Assembly: GCA_035221665.1 (NCBI GenBank)
Contig: CM069138.1
Location: 22,506,001-22,570,000, forward strand
Source: Okamejei kenojei
Lineage: Eukaryota
Direction of reading: 5' to 3'
Length of the DNA stretch: 64,000 nucleotides
The position numbers and the translations under genes were made by a program. This document shows, in pieces, positions 24,132-37,512 of this stretch; position 1 is the first letter of the stretch; each line of letters starts with the position of its first letter. The notes beneath the pieces are model-generated. The model did no database searches. It was not told where the DNA came from and saw only the letters and a program-made list of their open reading frames with translations.

Positions 24132-24967
24132 ACTAGTAAATAGGGAAGTGAATTGTGCTGATATGTTGACAGCGAGCCACAGACAAAGCCTAAAGGTAAA
24201 GACATGGAATGCAGCAGTGGTACCATCCAAGTTTCAGGAATTTCATTGAATATGTTATAGCATGCACCCATCATTGCAACAGAAAATTTGATCTATTATC
24301 CATTAATTAGACTTGTGGATAATCATTTCATTCTGCAATCAAGACCTAGTTTTTTGCCTGATTCAGTATTTCTGTCATCTCCATTCTGTAATCAAGTTTC
24401 CGTGTAACCTTGTCAGCTGAGACTATAAAAGCTGTGCCAAAATCATGCTCAAGAGATGAGTTGGTCCTTGTCCCACCAGTTTTAATAAATTGCCTGTGAC
24501 TTTGAACGTCAATTCCGTGTGGCCTTTCCATTTGCTCCTACGGTGTTCTTGATAGCGAGGAAGGTTGTATATGATTATAGCAGGATAGAGATTAAATGAA
24601 ATGTTGGGTAGAGTATTGGCAGATGGAAATGAATTTGGGCAAGTGCAAGATGATACTTTTTGGAAAGTCAAATACGTGTCAGACAAAAGCAGTAAATGAC
24701 AGGGCACTAATAATTGTTGATGAACAGAGAACAAAGAGACCAAGGATTTCAAGTCCTTTGTTACTTGAAGGTGCCACCACACTTGGATAGGATGGTTGGA
24801 GAAAGCATACAGCATCCTTGCCTTCCTAGATCAGTGCATTGACTGTAATTGTTGGAAGATTATGTTTCAACTTTTACAAACATCGGTAAGGCCACACCTG
24901 GAGTACTAGGTGTAATTCTGGTCACCACATTATAGGAAGGATGTGATTGTGCTGGAAAGTGTGCAGA

Positions 24968-25295
24968 GAGGGACAGCACGATGGCACAGTGGTAGAATTG
25001 TTGCTTTACAGCACTTGCGGCACCGGAAACCCGGTTTCAATGCCGACTACGGGTGCTGTCTGTACGAAGTTTGTATGTTCCTCCCGTGACCGCGTGCGGT
25101 GTCACCGAGATCTTCGGTTTCCTCCCACACTCCAAAGGCGTACAGGTATGTGGATAAATTGGCTTGGTATAAGTGTAAATTGTCCCTAGTCTGTGTAGGA
25201 TAGTGTTAATGTGCGGAGATCGCTGGTCTGTGCAGACCCGGTGGGCCGAGAGGCCTGTTTCCGTGCTGTGTCTCTAAACTAAGCTAAACTAAACT
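24968..25295 (+). mobile_element. Full-length V-SINE/HE1-like SINE inserted into an old CR1 (about 24590-25340)
   Basis: tRNA head, conserved core, CR1-derived tail and (ctaaa)n. Confidence 0.85.
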
Positions 25296-26599
25296 GAGGA
25301 AGATTTACTGTGATTAGAGGAATTTAGTTAGAGATGATTGAATATGATTGATTGAATTGATTTAATTACACAGCAGGGTAACAGGCCCTTCGGCCCACCA
25401 TGTCCATGCTGACCATCGATCACACGTTCACAATAGTTCTATGCAATCCCATTTCTCGTCCACCATTTACACACTGGGAGGCAATTTAGAGAGGACAATT
25501 AAATTACAAACACCCACATCTTTGGGATGTTGGAAGAATCCAGAGCACCCAGAGGAAATTTACTCTCCCTAGTTGCTGGCTAAAAAAGTTAGAATTTGCA
25601 ATACCCCAATTTAGTACCTTGCCCCACGGTCCAGACTTATCTTTATTCATAACTATTTAAAAACTTATGATCTTTGTTCCCAAAATGCTCTCCCACTGCG
25701 ATGCATCCAAGTCACCTGGCCAGGATAATTTCCCAGGACAAGTTTCAGTATGGACACTCCTCCAGTTGGACATACACTGTTTCAAGAAACCCTCTTGGAT
25801 TGCACCTAACAAACACTGCCCCGTCTAAGCCTCTAGCCTCCAGCACTAAGGAAGTCCGAATCAATGTAGGGGAAGTTAAAATCACGCACAATGACAACCG
25901 TGTTGATTTTACAATATGTAAAGCTTTCCGCATTTGTTGTATTGTGGACGCTTTGAAGAGGATGCGCTCGTGGTTCACCAGAATACTGCCTGGAGTTTAA
26001 GGGTATTACCAATAAGGAATGTTTGTAAGGGATGTGGCAGGTAGTCCCACTACCACCAATCACAGAGACCGGGCGCATTTCTGGACCAATAACAACGAGT
26101 CTGCCCGGGCTTGCTCACCCACAGAATGCCTAAATCGGCCAATAGCCAAAGGGGAGCTGGTGTAAATATTCCACTGATTGGTGCTGATATTCCACTGGAT
26201 GTTGCAGGATGTTGCAGCTACATAGCTCTGACCTTTAACACACCAGGATCCACATTGTTGCACTCTTTAGCTGAGGCTGAGGATCAAATCAGCAGAACAA
26301 ATCGATTCATGGACAGTGTCACAGAGTTATGCAGCACAGAAACATCCCTCCAAACCTAATCCCTATACATTTCACCACTGGATCCCATCCCTCATCTCAT
26401 TATATCTTCCCTTCCCCTTTCCCTCGTCACCTTCCTTACTGATCAGATTGTAGTCTTTGTCTCCCTAATTATTACCCGCCAGCCTTTGTCTTCACCTTCA
26501 CCTCTACCACCAGAGTCCAATTTGCCCATCATCCTGTCCTTAGTACACATATTACCTATGGCCACTGTCTTGCGCCTTCTCTTATCTTCTAATGTGAGA

Positions 26600-26895
26600 G
26601 ACGGAGGCGCAGCAGTAGAGTTGCTGCCGTACAGAGACTAGGGCACAATCCCGACTAGGGGTGCTTGTCTGTAAGGAATTTGTATGTTTTTCCTGTGACC
26701 AGCGGATTTTCCCCGGTTGTTTCGGTTTCCTCCCACACTCCAAAGACGTACAGGTTTGTAGTTAATTGGCGTAGGTGAAAATTGTTCATTGTTCCTAGTG
26801 TGTAGTATAGTGCTATAGTGTACTAGGATTGCTGGTCGGCGCGGGCTCGGTGAGATGAAGGGCTTGTTACTGTACTGTATCTCTAAACTAAACCA
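26600..26895 (+). mobile_element. V-SINE/HE1-like SINE
   Basis: Same family as 24968-25295. Confidence 0.8.
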
Positions 26896-27665
26896 AGAAG
26901 TTGAATTCAGAGATGGATTTGAAATTCAAACCGTAACTTCCTCCAGCACACTTTGTTTGTAGGTCAAGGCCATTTACTATGCCCTTTATATTTGTAAAGC
27001 CTTTCCTCCTAGGTTTATATTTCCCATTTTTACCACAAAGCTACACACAGAGTCACAATGCTCTCTATGTCTTTCCGTTCCTCTACCACATTTCTTGGTT
27101 CAATGCCACATAAATGTGCTTCTAGTCTCCTGGTGGGTAACACCTGCACGCTTTCAACAACCACAGTCTTACTTCCTCACACCGAGGTCTCGTTGGCAAC
27201 CGCCTGCAGTTCCTCTCAACCCAAAGTCCACTGTGACTGGGTGACTGTCAAATTCCCTTTGCACAGTTCAACCATCCCCACACTTACCACCATGGACCAA
27301 ACTGTGACTATCCTGCACACTCCTCCGCTGTCATGCAAAGCATGGGACCACAAGTGAGTGCAGATGGTGGAATCGTGAACAGAAAACAAAGTGCCGGAAG
27401 AACACAGTTGGTCAGGCAACATCTGTGGAGGTAAATGAACAGACGACATTTCAGGTTGGGCCCTTTCTTCAGACTGATGGAGTAGGGGGAAAAAAGGGGA
27501 AAAAGAGATGTTGGGATGGGGCACAGCCTGGCAAGTGATAGTTGAAGTGAGCTGATATGCAGATGGGTGGAGTAAATGACAAAGGTCAGAGGTGAAAGGA
27601 GACAAAGTGTGTCACATAAGGATAGAGTAGGAGTGAAATGTTAAGACAGAGGTGGGAAAAGTGTG
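26820..27665 (-). repeat. Right arm of inverted duplication
   Basis: TTVLLPHTEVSLATACSSSQPKVH is read on opposite strands at 22955-23383 and 27058-27357. Confidence 0.85.
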
Positions 27666-27769
27666 ACCAAACTTTGAAATTAAAAGTTAATGTTAAGAAT
27701 TAGTGATGTTAAATGAGAAATAATTAAATTAAATTCAATGAAAAACAATGGAATCAACAACCTGGCAGG

Positions 27770-29655
27770 CTGGGTCAGCGAGGCCAGGCAGGGGCCAGGC
27801 GGAGCCAGGATCCAGGTGGGGGGGGGGGGGGGGGGCAGGGCCGAGCAGGGCCAGGAGGCAGTTGGGCCAGGTGCAAAGGCATTGTGAGGTCAGCAGCTGG
27901 GCAACCTTAATAGATTTTTTTTAATGTCAGTTTGGGTATAAATATTAGTAAATATCTCGGGAAAATTGACCAAATGTATAGAGGATTGGGTTTTTGAGAT
28001 CATTAGGAAAAATTCTACTAGAAGATCTAAAATTTTCACAGTTATATCAGCAACTGGGCAGCGGTCAAATTTTTTAAAAAAAAGGTCAGATTCGTCAACA
28101 ATTTTAATAAAAATGTCAGGAAAATAATGTCCCAGATGTACAGAGGAGTGGATTTCCAAAATCACAAGGAATATCTCTACTGAAATATATAAACGTTTTC
28201 CTGTTTTGGCATCTGGTTTTCGAGGAGATACGTTTCACATGCAACATGACACACACACAACCCACACACACACACACAGTTTTAATAGATACTAGACCAA
28301 GTGCAGACCCGTTGGGTCTGTTCCCCCAACGCATATTTGTGTGGGGGGGGGGGGGGGGTGGCATGCGGGGTCACACACACTAACCACCCCCACACACACA
28401 CTAACTACCCCCCTTGATATTATATTAATATTATTAATTTGCTTCTTTTACCCCATAACCCTATCCACTGACGCATAGCCCCCAACTCCCAGGCACATCT
28501 AGAGAGGGAGGGGGGGGCGGGTAGAGCGTGATGGCAGAGAGAGAATGGGGAGAGGTGGGGGGAAGGAAGAGAGAGAGAGGAAGAGACAGAAGGACAAGAG
28601 ACAGAGGGGGAGGGGGTGGAGGGGAGTAGGAGAGAGAGGGTGGGTGAGGGGGGAGGGGGGGAGAAGGGGAGAGAGAGAGGGGAGGAGAGAGAGGGGGCTG
28701 AGAGGGGGTGGAGGGGAGTGTGTGGAGGGGAGGGGGATTTAGGGGAGTGGGATTTAGGTCAGGGGGAAGGGGGTTTAGGGGAGGGAGGGTGGGGGGGGGC
28801 GAGTGAGAGGAAGGGGGAGAAAGAGGGAGGGGGAGAGAGAGGGGTAGGGGAGGGAGAGGGGGAGAGAGAGGGGAGAGGGGGGAAGACGAGAGGGGGGNNN
28901 NNNNNNNNNNNNNNNNNNNNNNNNNNNNNNNNNNNNNNNNNNNNNNNNNNNNNNNNNNNNNNNNNNNNNNNNNNNNNNNNNNNNNNNNNNNNNNNNNNNN
29001 NNNNNNNNNNNNNNNNNNNNNNNNNNNNNNNNNNNNNNNNNNNNNNNNNNNNNNNNNNNNNNNNNNNNNNNGAGCGAGAGAGAAGGGGCGGGGCGGCAGC
29101 TTGTGGTGGTCCAATCTGAGGATGATGAAAAGCAGCGGAGGGACCAGCCGATTGCGGCTTCCGCTAAGTGAAGCGCACCCACCAGCATGACAGAGCCGGG
29201 CCGGGGGGGGACAGATGATCGGGCCTCCCCAGAGGGAAGGATGTGAGAAGAGGAGGTGGCGAGTGAGTGCGCTGCAAAACGCAGAGGGACAGAAGCGGCC
29301 TCTGACTCTCTGGAAACCCACAGCTGGAATGAGTGGGCGGGCGTGGGAGGGGAGGGGCTTCACGAGATGCACGGGCAGCACGGAAAGGTTTCAGCGCGTG
29401 AGGCGCCGCTGACCCCGAGATCTGCAGAACAAAGATCCGATAGCGGGGTTGAGCAGCGGGGGCGGGGCCAGGAGGCAGTTGGGCCTCGATTGGTGGGCAT
29501 GTGGGCATTGTGACGTCAGCAGCTGGCAAGCGCCGATTATTTTTTTTCAAGTAAGTTTTGCGAACAATTTTATTCAATATCTGGGGAAATAATTGAGCAA
29601 ATTTAGAGAGGATTTCTGAAATCATTATAATTAATAACGGATTAATAACAAAATA
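27770..29655 (-). mobile_element. Two head-to-tail non-autonomous Helitron copies
   Basis: 3' hairpin cagaccc-gtt-gggtctg + CTAG (28292-28320) abuts a 5'-end-like TCTATTAAAACTG at 28289; 27840-27920 aligns with 29460-29548; internal GA-rich tract. Confidence 0.65.
28898..29071. other. Assembly gap in purine-rich tract
   Basis: Run of N flanked by (GA/GG)-rich sequence. Confidence 1.
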
Positions 29656-31744
29656 TAAGGTGGAGGTTCGCTGTACCTGTACATCACCGTACATCTGCAG
29701 ATGACAATACACTAGACTTGACCTGAGGCAGAGAACATGAACCAAGATTTACACCCAGGCAATACTCCCCTGGGAGGGGGACAGGTGGTGGAAAAGCTTC
29801 AGTGCAGCAAATGAGATGCTCGGAGCTGAGGCTGTGCTGATGGCAAGGGATGTATGTGAATGAGAAAGAAAAGTGGGTGTGGCTGCAGATAAATCTAATG
29901 AGGACTTGAGCCTTTTTTGCTGGCAATCCTTTTTTTTTCACAGACCACAAAACAATTCATAGATATGAGCACCAAGCTCCGTTTGACAACAGCCAGAAAA
30001 ACTTTCAAGGTGAACTACGTTGAAGGAAAGGAAGTGGCTGGCTTAGCACAAATGAATAATTAATCAGGATAAAGAGTTGGAGCCAGTGCTACAGCAGTGC
30101 ATTGGTCCCCAACTCTGTCCATCAAACATGTAGCAGATGAATGGGTGCTGACGGGAGGTTGACTACGGTGGTAACCACAGTGGCCACGCCCAGCTCACTC
30201 AGCTTCCAGGCAGCACCTTCTGCTGCCACCGCCAGCCCACATGGGTTCGTCAGCCGCTTCTAGGCCATGCCTGCCACTGCCACCCTGACCATTACCTGCA
30301 TCCGGCCATCTACGGGTAGCAACCATTACCTGCGCTAGTTCTCTCTTCTCCCCCAACCACCAGCAGGTCAACGCACCTGGATTCCATATCCAGTTCCCGA
30401 CTGAGTGTTTGAAGAATAGTCTCGTCTCAACCCGAAGTTTCTCCTATCCATGTTCTCCAGAGATGCTGCATCATGGTACAATATAACAAGAGTTACCCTA
30501 TTGTGTAAAGGTCCGGTCATCTCATTACAGGAAGGATGAGGAGGCTTTGGAGTGGGGGCAGAAGAGGTTTACTGCATCAAGGTTTATGGTATGCTGCCAG
30601 AATGAGAGGTGATTGGCCACAAGGAGAGGTTGGATAACACTTTCAAGAGCCCTACAATTTATTGAGCAAATCCTCTCGTTTAACTTCTCAAAATACAACA
30701 ATTTTCTCATCCATCTACCATTCCTTGACCCTAGGTTCTATTGTAACCTTGGCTAACATTCTTCACTGTTCACACGACCACCAATTTTGGTATCATCTTC
30801 AAACTTATTAACCATATCAATCGCATTATTTCCATATCATTAATAAGTGATCATACATTAGTATTTTACAAGTGTAGTCTTCCTACATAATGAAGGTTGA
30901 CCACAATGATTCCTGGGTGGTGGTGGGGTTGTCATATGAGAAGGAAAATTAAACTAACTCAGTCTATACTTCCGAATTGTGCAGAATAAGGTGATCTTCT
31001 TGAAATCTGCCAAATATTTATCAGACGTGGTATAGATATGGTTTGATATTCCCCCTGAGTGGGTTGTCGGAACCAAGAGTCAGTATCAAAATAAGGATTT
31101 GCCCGTTAAGACAGATACTGTATCAGAGGAAATTGCTTCAGTGGGTTGTGAATCTTTGAAATTAAACATAAATATGCTTGGAAGCAAAATCATACATGGA
31201 TATGTCATTATGGTTATAATGCATTTTGGTTATAATGGCAACGGTCTGAAGAAAGACCTGACAGCCAAGGGGTTACAACGTGAGCCGCAACAACTGCCAC
31301 GTCAACCGGTGAAGAAACGACTCACTGGTGCAAACCAGTGGCATCAGCACCTAGTTTTAAAATCGAATGACACAAAGTTCTGGAGTAACTCAGCAGACTG
31401 AATCAATCTGAAGAAGGGTCCTGACGACACATGTTCTATTCAATGTTCTCCAGCGATGCTGCCTGACCTGCTGAGTTACTCCAGCACTTTGTCTCCTTTT
31501 GTGAATTAAACATCATCTGCTGTTTTTTGTTTCTACTACTCACGATGATAGTACCTTCCTCGTGTATAGTGGACAATTGGCAGTAACGGACACCATTTTG
31601 CACCCGCACACAACATCCATTGTAAAAAGTGTTTGCTGCATATTAAAGACACAGTAGGATATATTTCAAGATATTAATAGAATCAAAGAATATTAGCTAC
31701 TAAGGGTAACTGACAATGAAGTAAAAGATCAGATGTGAACAGTA

Positions 31745-32500
31745 TAATACAATAATACATTACAATAATACTTTATTAGCTAAGTATATTTTGCAACATA
31801 CGAGGAAATTCATTTGTCAATTCAGTCATACAAATAACAAGTAATGGAACAGAAAAAAAAACATTTTAACATAAACATCCACCATAGTGACTCTGCCACA
31901 TTCCTCACAGTGATAGAAGGTGAAAAAAAGTTCAATCTCTTCCCTTCTTTGTTATCCCGCGGTCGAGAGCCTCGAGCCTTCCGTTGACGGGACGATCTTG
32001 ACTCCCGTAGCCGACGGTGTTCGGGCATTCCGCATCGGAGCAATCAGCTCCTGCACCGGGGGGGGGGGCGGAGAATATTTTCTCCCCCGCGCTGGCGATC
32101 GGAGCCCAGGTCGACGCTGGTCAAACATTCTGCGTTGTTGGAGCTCCTAACATCTACGGTCTCGACCCGAGACTGCGAGCTCTCAATGGTAAAGTCCGCA
32201 GGGTGCGGTTGGAGCGATCCCAGGCAAGGTATCACTCCGATGTTAAGTCCACACCCTGCGGTGGGGCTCAAAGTCAGTCCGAGCAGGCCTCCAGCTCCAT
32301 CGATGTCAGGCCGCAGAGCGACCGGAGATACGACCCAGAAAACACATCTCCGGCAAGGTAAGAGATTCCCCCGACCCACTTCCCCTCCCCCCCACATAAA
32401 ACAAATCGGAGAACATTTACCCAAACTTTTGAAACATAACAACAAAAAATGAAAGAACAGACAGACTGTTGGTGGGGCTGCCAATCCTGACCCTGGTGGT
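31745..32500 (-). mobile_element. GC-rich non-autonomous retroelement
   Basis: Microsatellite tail, core ccttctatcactgtgagg, same layout as 43661-44755. Confidence 0.6.
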
Positions 32501-32907
32501 ATAATAAATGGTGATGTAAGCACTTGCGATCAAATGGACTAATCTTACTCCTGGTTCTTATGTTTGCACTTGTTACTTTTCTTCAATGAGAAGTAAAGTA
32601 ACGTTGTGTATATCAGTGTGTATGTACCTTTAAGACTATACTGTAGGATACAAGATTAATTAACTTTGCGGCACTCAAGGCTGTGAGGTAAGTGTTCACT
32701 TCCTACCAAGGATGCTTATTTCACATCTGTCTGATGAAGGGTCATCCATTCCTTCTCACCGGAGATGCTGCCTGTCCCGCTGAGTTACTCCAGCATTTTG
32801 TGTCTATGTCTGCTTATTTCACAGCTGTCTTCTTGGTATCTATCTGAATGCACAGCTAAAAGTCTGTCATACCAGTCCACTCAGTCCACAAATCGTGAGC
32901 TCCAAGG

Positions 32908-33010
32908 TCGACAAAAACGCTGGAGAAACTCAGCGGATGATGCAGCACCTATAGAACAAAGGAAATAGGCAACGTTTCAAGCCAAAACTCTTCTTCAGAC
33001 ATGTGAGGGT

Positions 33011-33043
<33 letters not shown>

Positions 33044-34138
33044 GAAGAAAGGAAGAGGAGGAGCCAGTAGGCTAGAGTGAGAGCTGAGAAGGTGAGGAGA
33101 CAGTGAGGTCTACCTGAAATTAGAGAAGTCAATGTTCATACCGCTGGGGTACAAACTGCCCAAGTGAAATATGAGGTGCTGCTCCTCCAATTTCCAGTGG
33201 TCCTCACTCTGACCATGGAGGAGGCCCAGGACAGAAAGGTCAGATACGGAATGGGAGGGGGAGTTGAAATGCTGAGCCACCAGGATATCATGTTGGTTAT
33301 TACGAACCGAGCGGAGGTGTTTGGCGAAGCGATCGCCAAGCATACGCTTGGTCTAACCGATGTAGAGCAGCTGATGCAATAGATGAGGTTGGAGGAGGTG
33401 CAAGTGAACCTCTGTCGCACCTTGAAAGACTGCTTGGGTCCTTGAATGGAGTCAAGGGGGGAGGTAAAGCGACATGTGTAGCATTTCTTCGGTTGCAAGT
33501 GAAAGTGCCCGGTGCGGGGGTGGTTCAGGTGGGATGGGACAAGTGGACCATGGAGTTATGGAGGGAGTGGTCTCTGCAGAAAGCGGACAGAGGAGGAGAT
33601 GGGAAAATGTGGCAAGTGGTGGGGTCACTTTGGAGGTGGTGAAAACGACAGTATTATTTGTTGTACATGACGGCTGGTAGGGTGGAAGGTGAGGACTAGG
33701 GGGAGTCTGCCATTGTTACGAGTGGGGGGGATGGGGAGAGAGAGCAGTGTCATGGTGTATCGAAGAAACCCTGGTGAGAGCCTCATCCATGGTAGAAGAG
33801 GGGAACCCCCATTCCCTGAAGAATGAGGACCTCATCTGGGAGCAGATGCGGCGTAGGCGGAGGAATTCGGAGTAGGGGATGGAGTCCTTACAGGAAGCAT
33901 GGTGGGAAGAAGTGCAGTCCTGATAGCCATGGGAATCAGTGGGTTTATAGTGGATATCGGTCAGAGGTCTATCACCTGCGATGGAGATAGTGAGGTCAAG
34001 AAATGGTAGGGTAAGTGTCGGAAATGGTCCAGGTGTATTTGAGTGCCGGATGGAAGTTAGTGGTGAAATGGATGAAGTCAGTGAGTTGTGTGTGGGTGCA
34101 GGAGGTAGCACCAATGCAGTCGTTGATGTAGCGGAGGT
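32908..34138 (-). mobile_element. Penelope-like element, degenerate 3' half
   Basis: LPFLDLTISI..KPTDSH..IPYSEFLRLRRICS and GIY-YIG fragments; 3' repeat. Confidence 0.9.
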
Positions 34139-34592
34139 AATCTTGAGCTCCAGTTGCTTCCCACTTTTCATCCCCACTCAGATATCTCTGTCTGTGCCCT
34201 TCAACATCTTTCCAATGAAATCTACCAAAACCTTATCTTCTTCCCTCAGAACGTAGTACCGAATTCAACAATTTCAGATAAGCAGCCTTTCCTGTTTGTG
34301 TCAGAATTGGCCAATTCTGCAGCAGGGACATCCATCTATAACTATCTATTTCTTCCAATTTCTTCCTCACCCCTTACAAGAGTCAAGAGTATAACAAATG
34401 AAAAGTTCAGGAGTATGTGCATGCACATACATACACAAAAGAAAAACAATAATAATGCGAAAAGACAAAACAAATGCCCCCAAGTCTATGTAGTTCAGAG
34501 CTTATTTGGAGTTTGCAGTGTTTAACAACCTGATGGCTGTACGGAAGAAGGTGTTCCTGAACCTCGACATTACAGTTTTCAGGCTCCTACAT

Positions 34593-35725
34593 TGGGGAGG
34601 TGGTGGAAATTTCGGAGGATTATGTGTTGTATGCAACGGTTGATGGGGTGGAAGGTAAATACTAGGGGGACTCTAGTATTTGACTTGTAGTCTCTGTTGT
34701 GACTTGGGGGAAGGTGAGCAAGGGCGGAGGTGCTGGGTACCGAGAAGTCAACATCTATGATGGGAGAAGGGAACCCCCATTCCCTAAAGACTGAGGACAT
34801 CTCGGATGTCCCATTATGGAACACCGCATCCTGGGCGCTGATACAGTACACAATCAAAATATCCGCCACCTCCAACGGGATCCCACCACTAGCCACATTT
34901 TCCCATCTTCACCCTTTTCCGCCTTCCGCAGAGACCGTTCCCTCCGCAACTCCCCGGTTAACTCATTCCTTCCCACCCAAACCATCCCCTCCCCAGGTAC
35001 CTTTCCCCGCAACCATAGAAGATTGGTTGCTATATAAGACCTGTCGCTATACCTCCTCCCTTGACTCTGTCCAGGGACCCCGACAGTCCTTTCAGGTTAG
35101 GCAGAGGTTCACTTGCACCTCCTTCAACCTCATCAACTGTATCTGTTGTTGAAAATGTGGACTCATATAGATAGGCGAGACCAAACGTATACTGGGCGAT
35201 CGTTTTGCGGAAAACCTTTGCTTAGCCCGCCTGAACCTACCTGACCTCCCGGTTGCTGGACAGTTTAATTCTGCCTTCCTTTACTACACAGACCTTTCAG
35301 TCCTCGGTCTCCTCCATTGTCAGAGTGAGGCTAAATGCAAATTGGAGGAACATCCCATATTTCGCTCGGGCAGCTTACAGTCCAGTGGTATGAATATTGA
35401 TTTATCTCACTTCAGGTAGCCCTGGCATTCCCTCTCTCTCTAGGCATCCTTCACCCAAGTCGCACTAGCTTCACATTTTCACCCTACAAACAGCTAACAA
35501 TGGCCTTTCCTTTATCATCGTTACTTTTTTGCATACCTCTCTTTGTCTCCCCACATCACCGTCTATATCTCTCGTTTCCCTTATCCCTAACCAGTCTGAA
35601 GAAGGGTCTCAACCCAAAAAGTCACCCATTCCTTCTCTCCAGAGATGCTGCCTGTCCCACTGAGTTACTCGAGGTTTTTGTGTCTATCTTCCGTTTAAAC
35701 CAGCATCTGCAGTTCCTTCTTACAC
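34593..35725. mobile_element. Penelope-like element with inverted 5' segment (34593-34838 minus; 34845-35725 plus)
   Basis: PLE peptides on opposite strands diverge from a junction at about 34840. Confidence 0.75.
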
Positions 35726-36259
35726 ATGTTCTCCAGAGATGTTGCTGGGCTCCAGATGGCGCATTCCAGCAACCCTACCACAGCCTACATTCTCATCCAA
35801 ATCAATGATCCACAATAAGCAATTGGTCCAGCATTGATACCTGGGACATACCACTATTCACAGGCCTCCAGTCCAAAAAAACATTCTTCCATCATGACCT
35901 GTCCACAAAGCTAATTATTTATCCAGTCAGCTCGTCTTTCAATCCTATATGATCTAAACCTCCAGAGCAACTTACCATGCAGAATCTCATCAATGTCCTT
36001 GCTGGTCTATATAAACAATGTCTATGTAGAAACAAGGAACTGCAGATGCTGGTTCACAAATGAGAGACACAAAATACTGGAGTACCTCCAGCATCTATGG
36101 CTGAGCCCTCATCAACCTTTTTGGTTACTTCTTCAAAAAGCTCAGTTTTCAACTCAACTACTTTAGCTAACTTCTACAAACACCTCCCTTCCCCACCCTT
36201 TTGTCTCTCTCCTCACTCTCTCCCCTCGCTTTACCCCTCCTCCACTCCCTTCACCTGAA

Positions 36260-36470
36260 TATGTAGGAAGGAACTGCAGATGCTGGTTTTCACCGAAGAT
36301 GGACATAAAATGCTGGAGTAACTGAGCAGGACAGGCAGCATCTCTGGATAGAAGGAATGGGTGACATTTCAGGTCGACACCAATCTTCGGTCTCAACCCG
36401 AAACGTCACCATTCCTTCTATCCGGAGATGCTATCTGTCCCGCTGAGTTACTCCAGCATTTTGTGTCTGT
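36260..36470. mobile_element. Fold-back element made of two inverted PLE 3' repeats
   Basis: aaaatgctggagtaact..gtgacatttcaggtcga is mirrored by tcaacccgaaacgtcac..agttactccagcatttt. Confidence 0.75.
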
Positions 36471-36679
36471 CTCCCTTCACCTGAATCCTGGCTAACCTTG
36501 CACCAGTTTCTTCCCCCCACCCCTTCCAGCAATACTTTACTAAATGGTCTTCATTAAAAACTAGCTTTACAGAAGCAGTTGTGAGCCCAACGGTTATATA
36601 GTTGCAAACTATCTCTCGCATTTATCCAGCAATCTCCCTCTCAGGGAGCCCCCTCCTCTGATTTGTTACCGGCCGTGAT

Positions 36680-37512
36680 TTAATAATATTAATAATAATG
36701 CATTTTATTTATGGGCGCCTTGCAGGACAACTTACAGTTAAAACAAGTTTACAGACAAATTACAAGTTTGCAACAAATTACAGTATTCGGAGAGAGAACA
36801 GCGGCAGCTAGTCACTCCCACTGTGATGGAAGGCAACAAGGTCCAGTTCTCATCCTCTTGTTCACCCCGTGCTCGGGGCCTATATTGAGGCCGCAGTTGC
36901 CACAATGGCGGCCCAATGTACCAGGCCCTCTCACCGGATGATGGGTCTCCGGCGTCAGGAGAACACTTCAGCGGCTTGGAGTGTCTGGAACAGGCACTAG
37001 CTGCCGCGGTCCCGAAGTCCACAGGCCGCGCTGGTCGGAGCTCCAACACTGGCGATCTCGGCGAGAGATACCAAGCTCCGCGGTGTTTAAACTCAGCGCC
37101 GCCCACGGCTGGACGCTCCGCAACGACAGCTCCGCGATGTTGGAGCCGCCGGTCGCAGCACTTCAGAGCTTACCGCATGGCGACCCTCGGTAGGGTGTCA
37201 CCCGCTCCGTGCTGGTACTTCAGCATTGCATCGCCGCCGCCAAAGCTGAAGTTCTGGCCAGTCCCGGCAGGAAACAACGCTCCAGTCCCGTTGGTAGGCC
37301 GCGAGGAAGGGGCGAAGATGTGGCTCGGAGGAAAGCCGCATCTCCGACCAGGAGGGACTGAGAAAAAAACAGTTTCCCCCTTCCCCCCCCCCCCCGCCCC
37401 ACATAAAAAGACTAGACCTCCAAAACAAAACTTTTTAAGCACTAAAAAGCAAAAAAAAGGCGAAAGGATGGGCAGCTGCAAGCTGGGCAACCATACTCGA
37501 TGGCGCACCCAC
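36680..37512 (-). mobile_element. GC-rich non-autonomous retroelement with L2-like tail
   Basis: 3' end aaggcgcccataaataaaatgc(att)n; core gccttccatcacagtg. Confidence 0.6.

Noticed and set aside
28461-29381. Proline-rich 306-aa ORF
   Set aside because: Low-complexity purine tract spanning an assembly gap.
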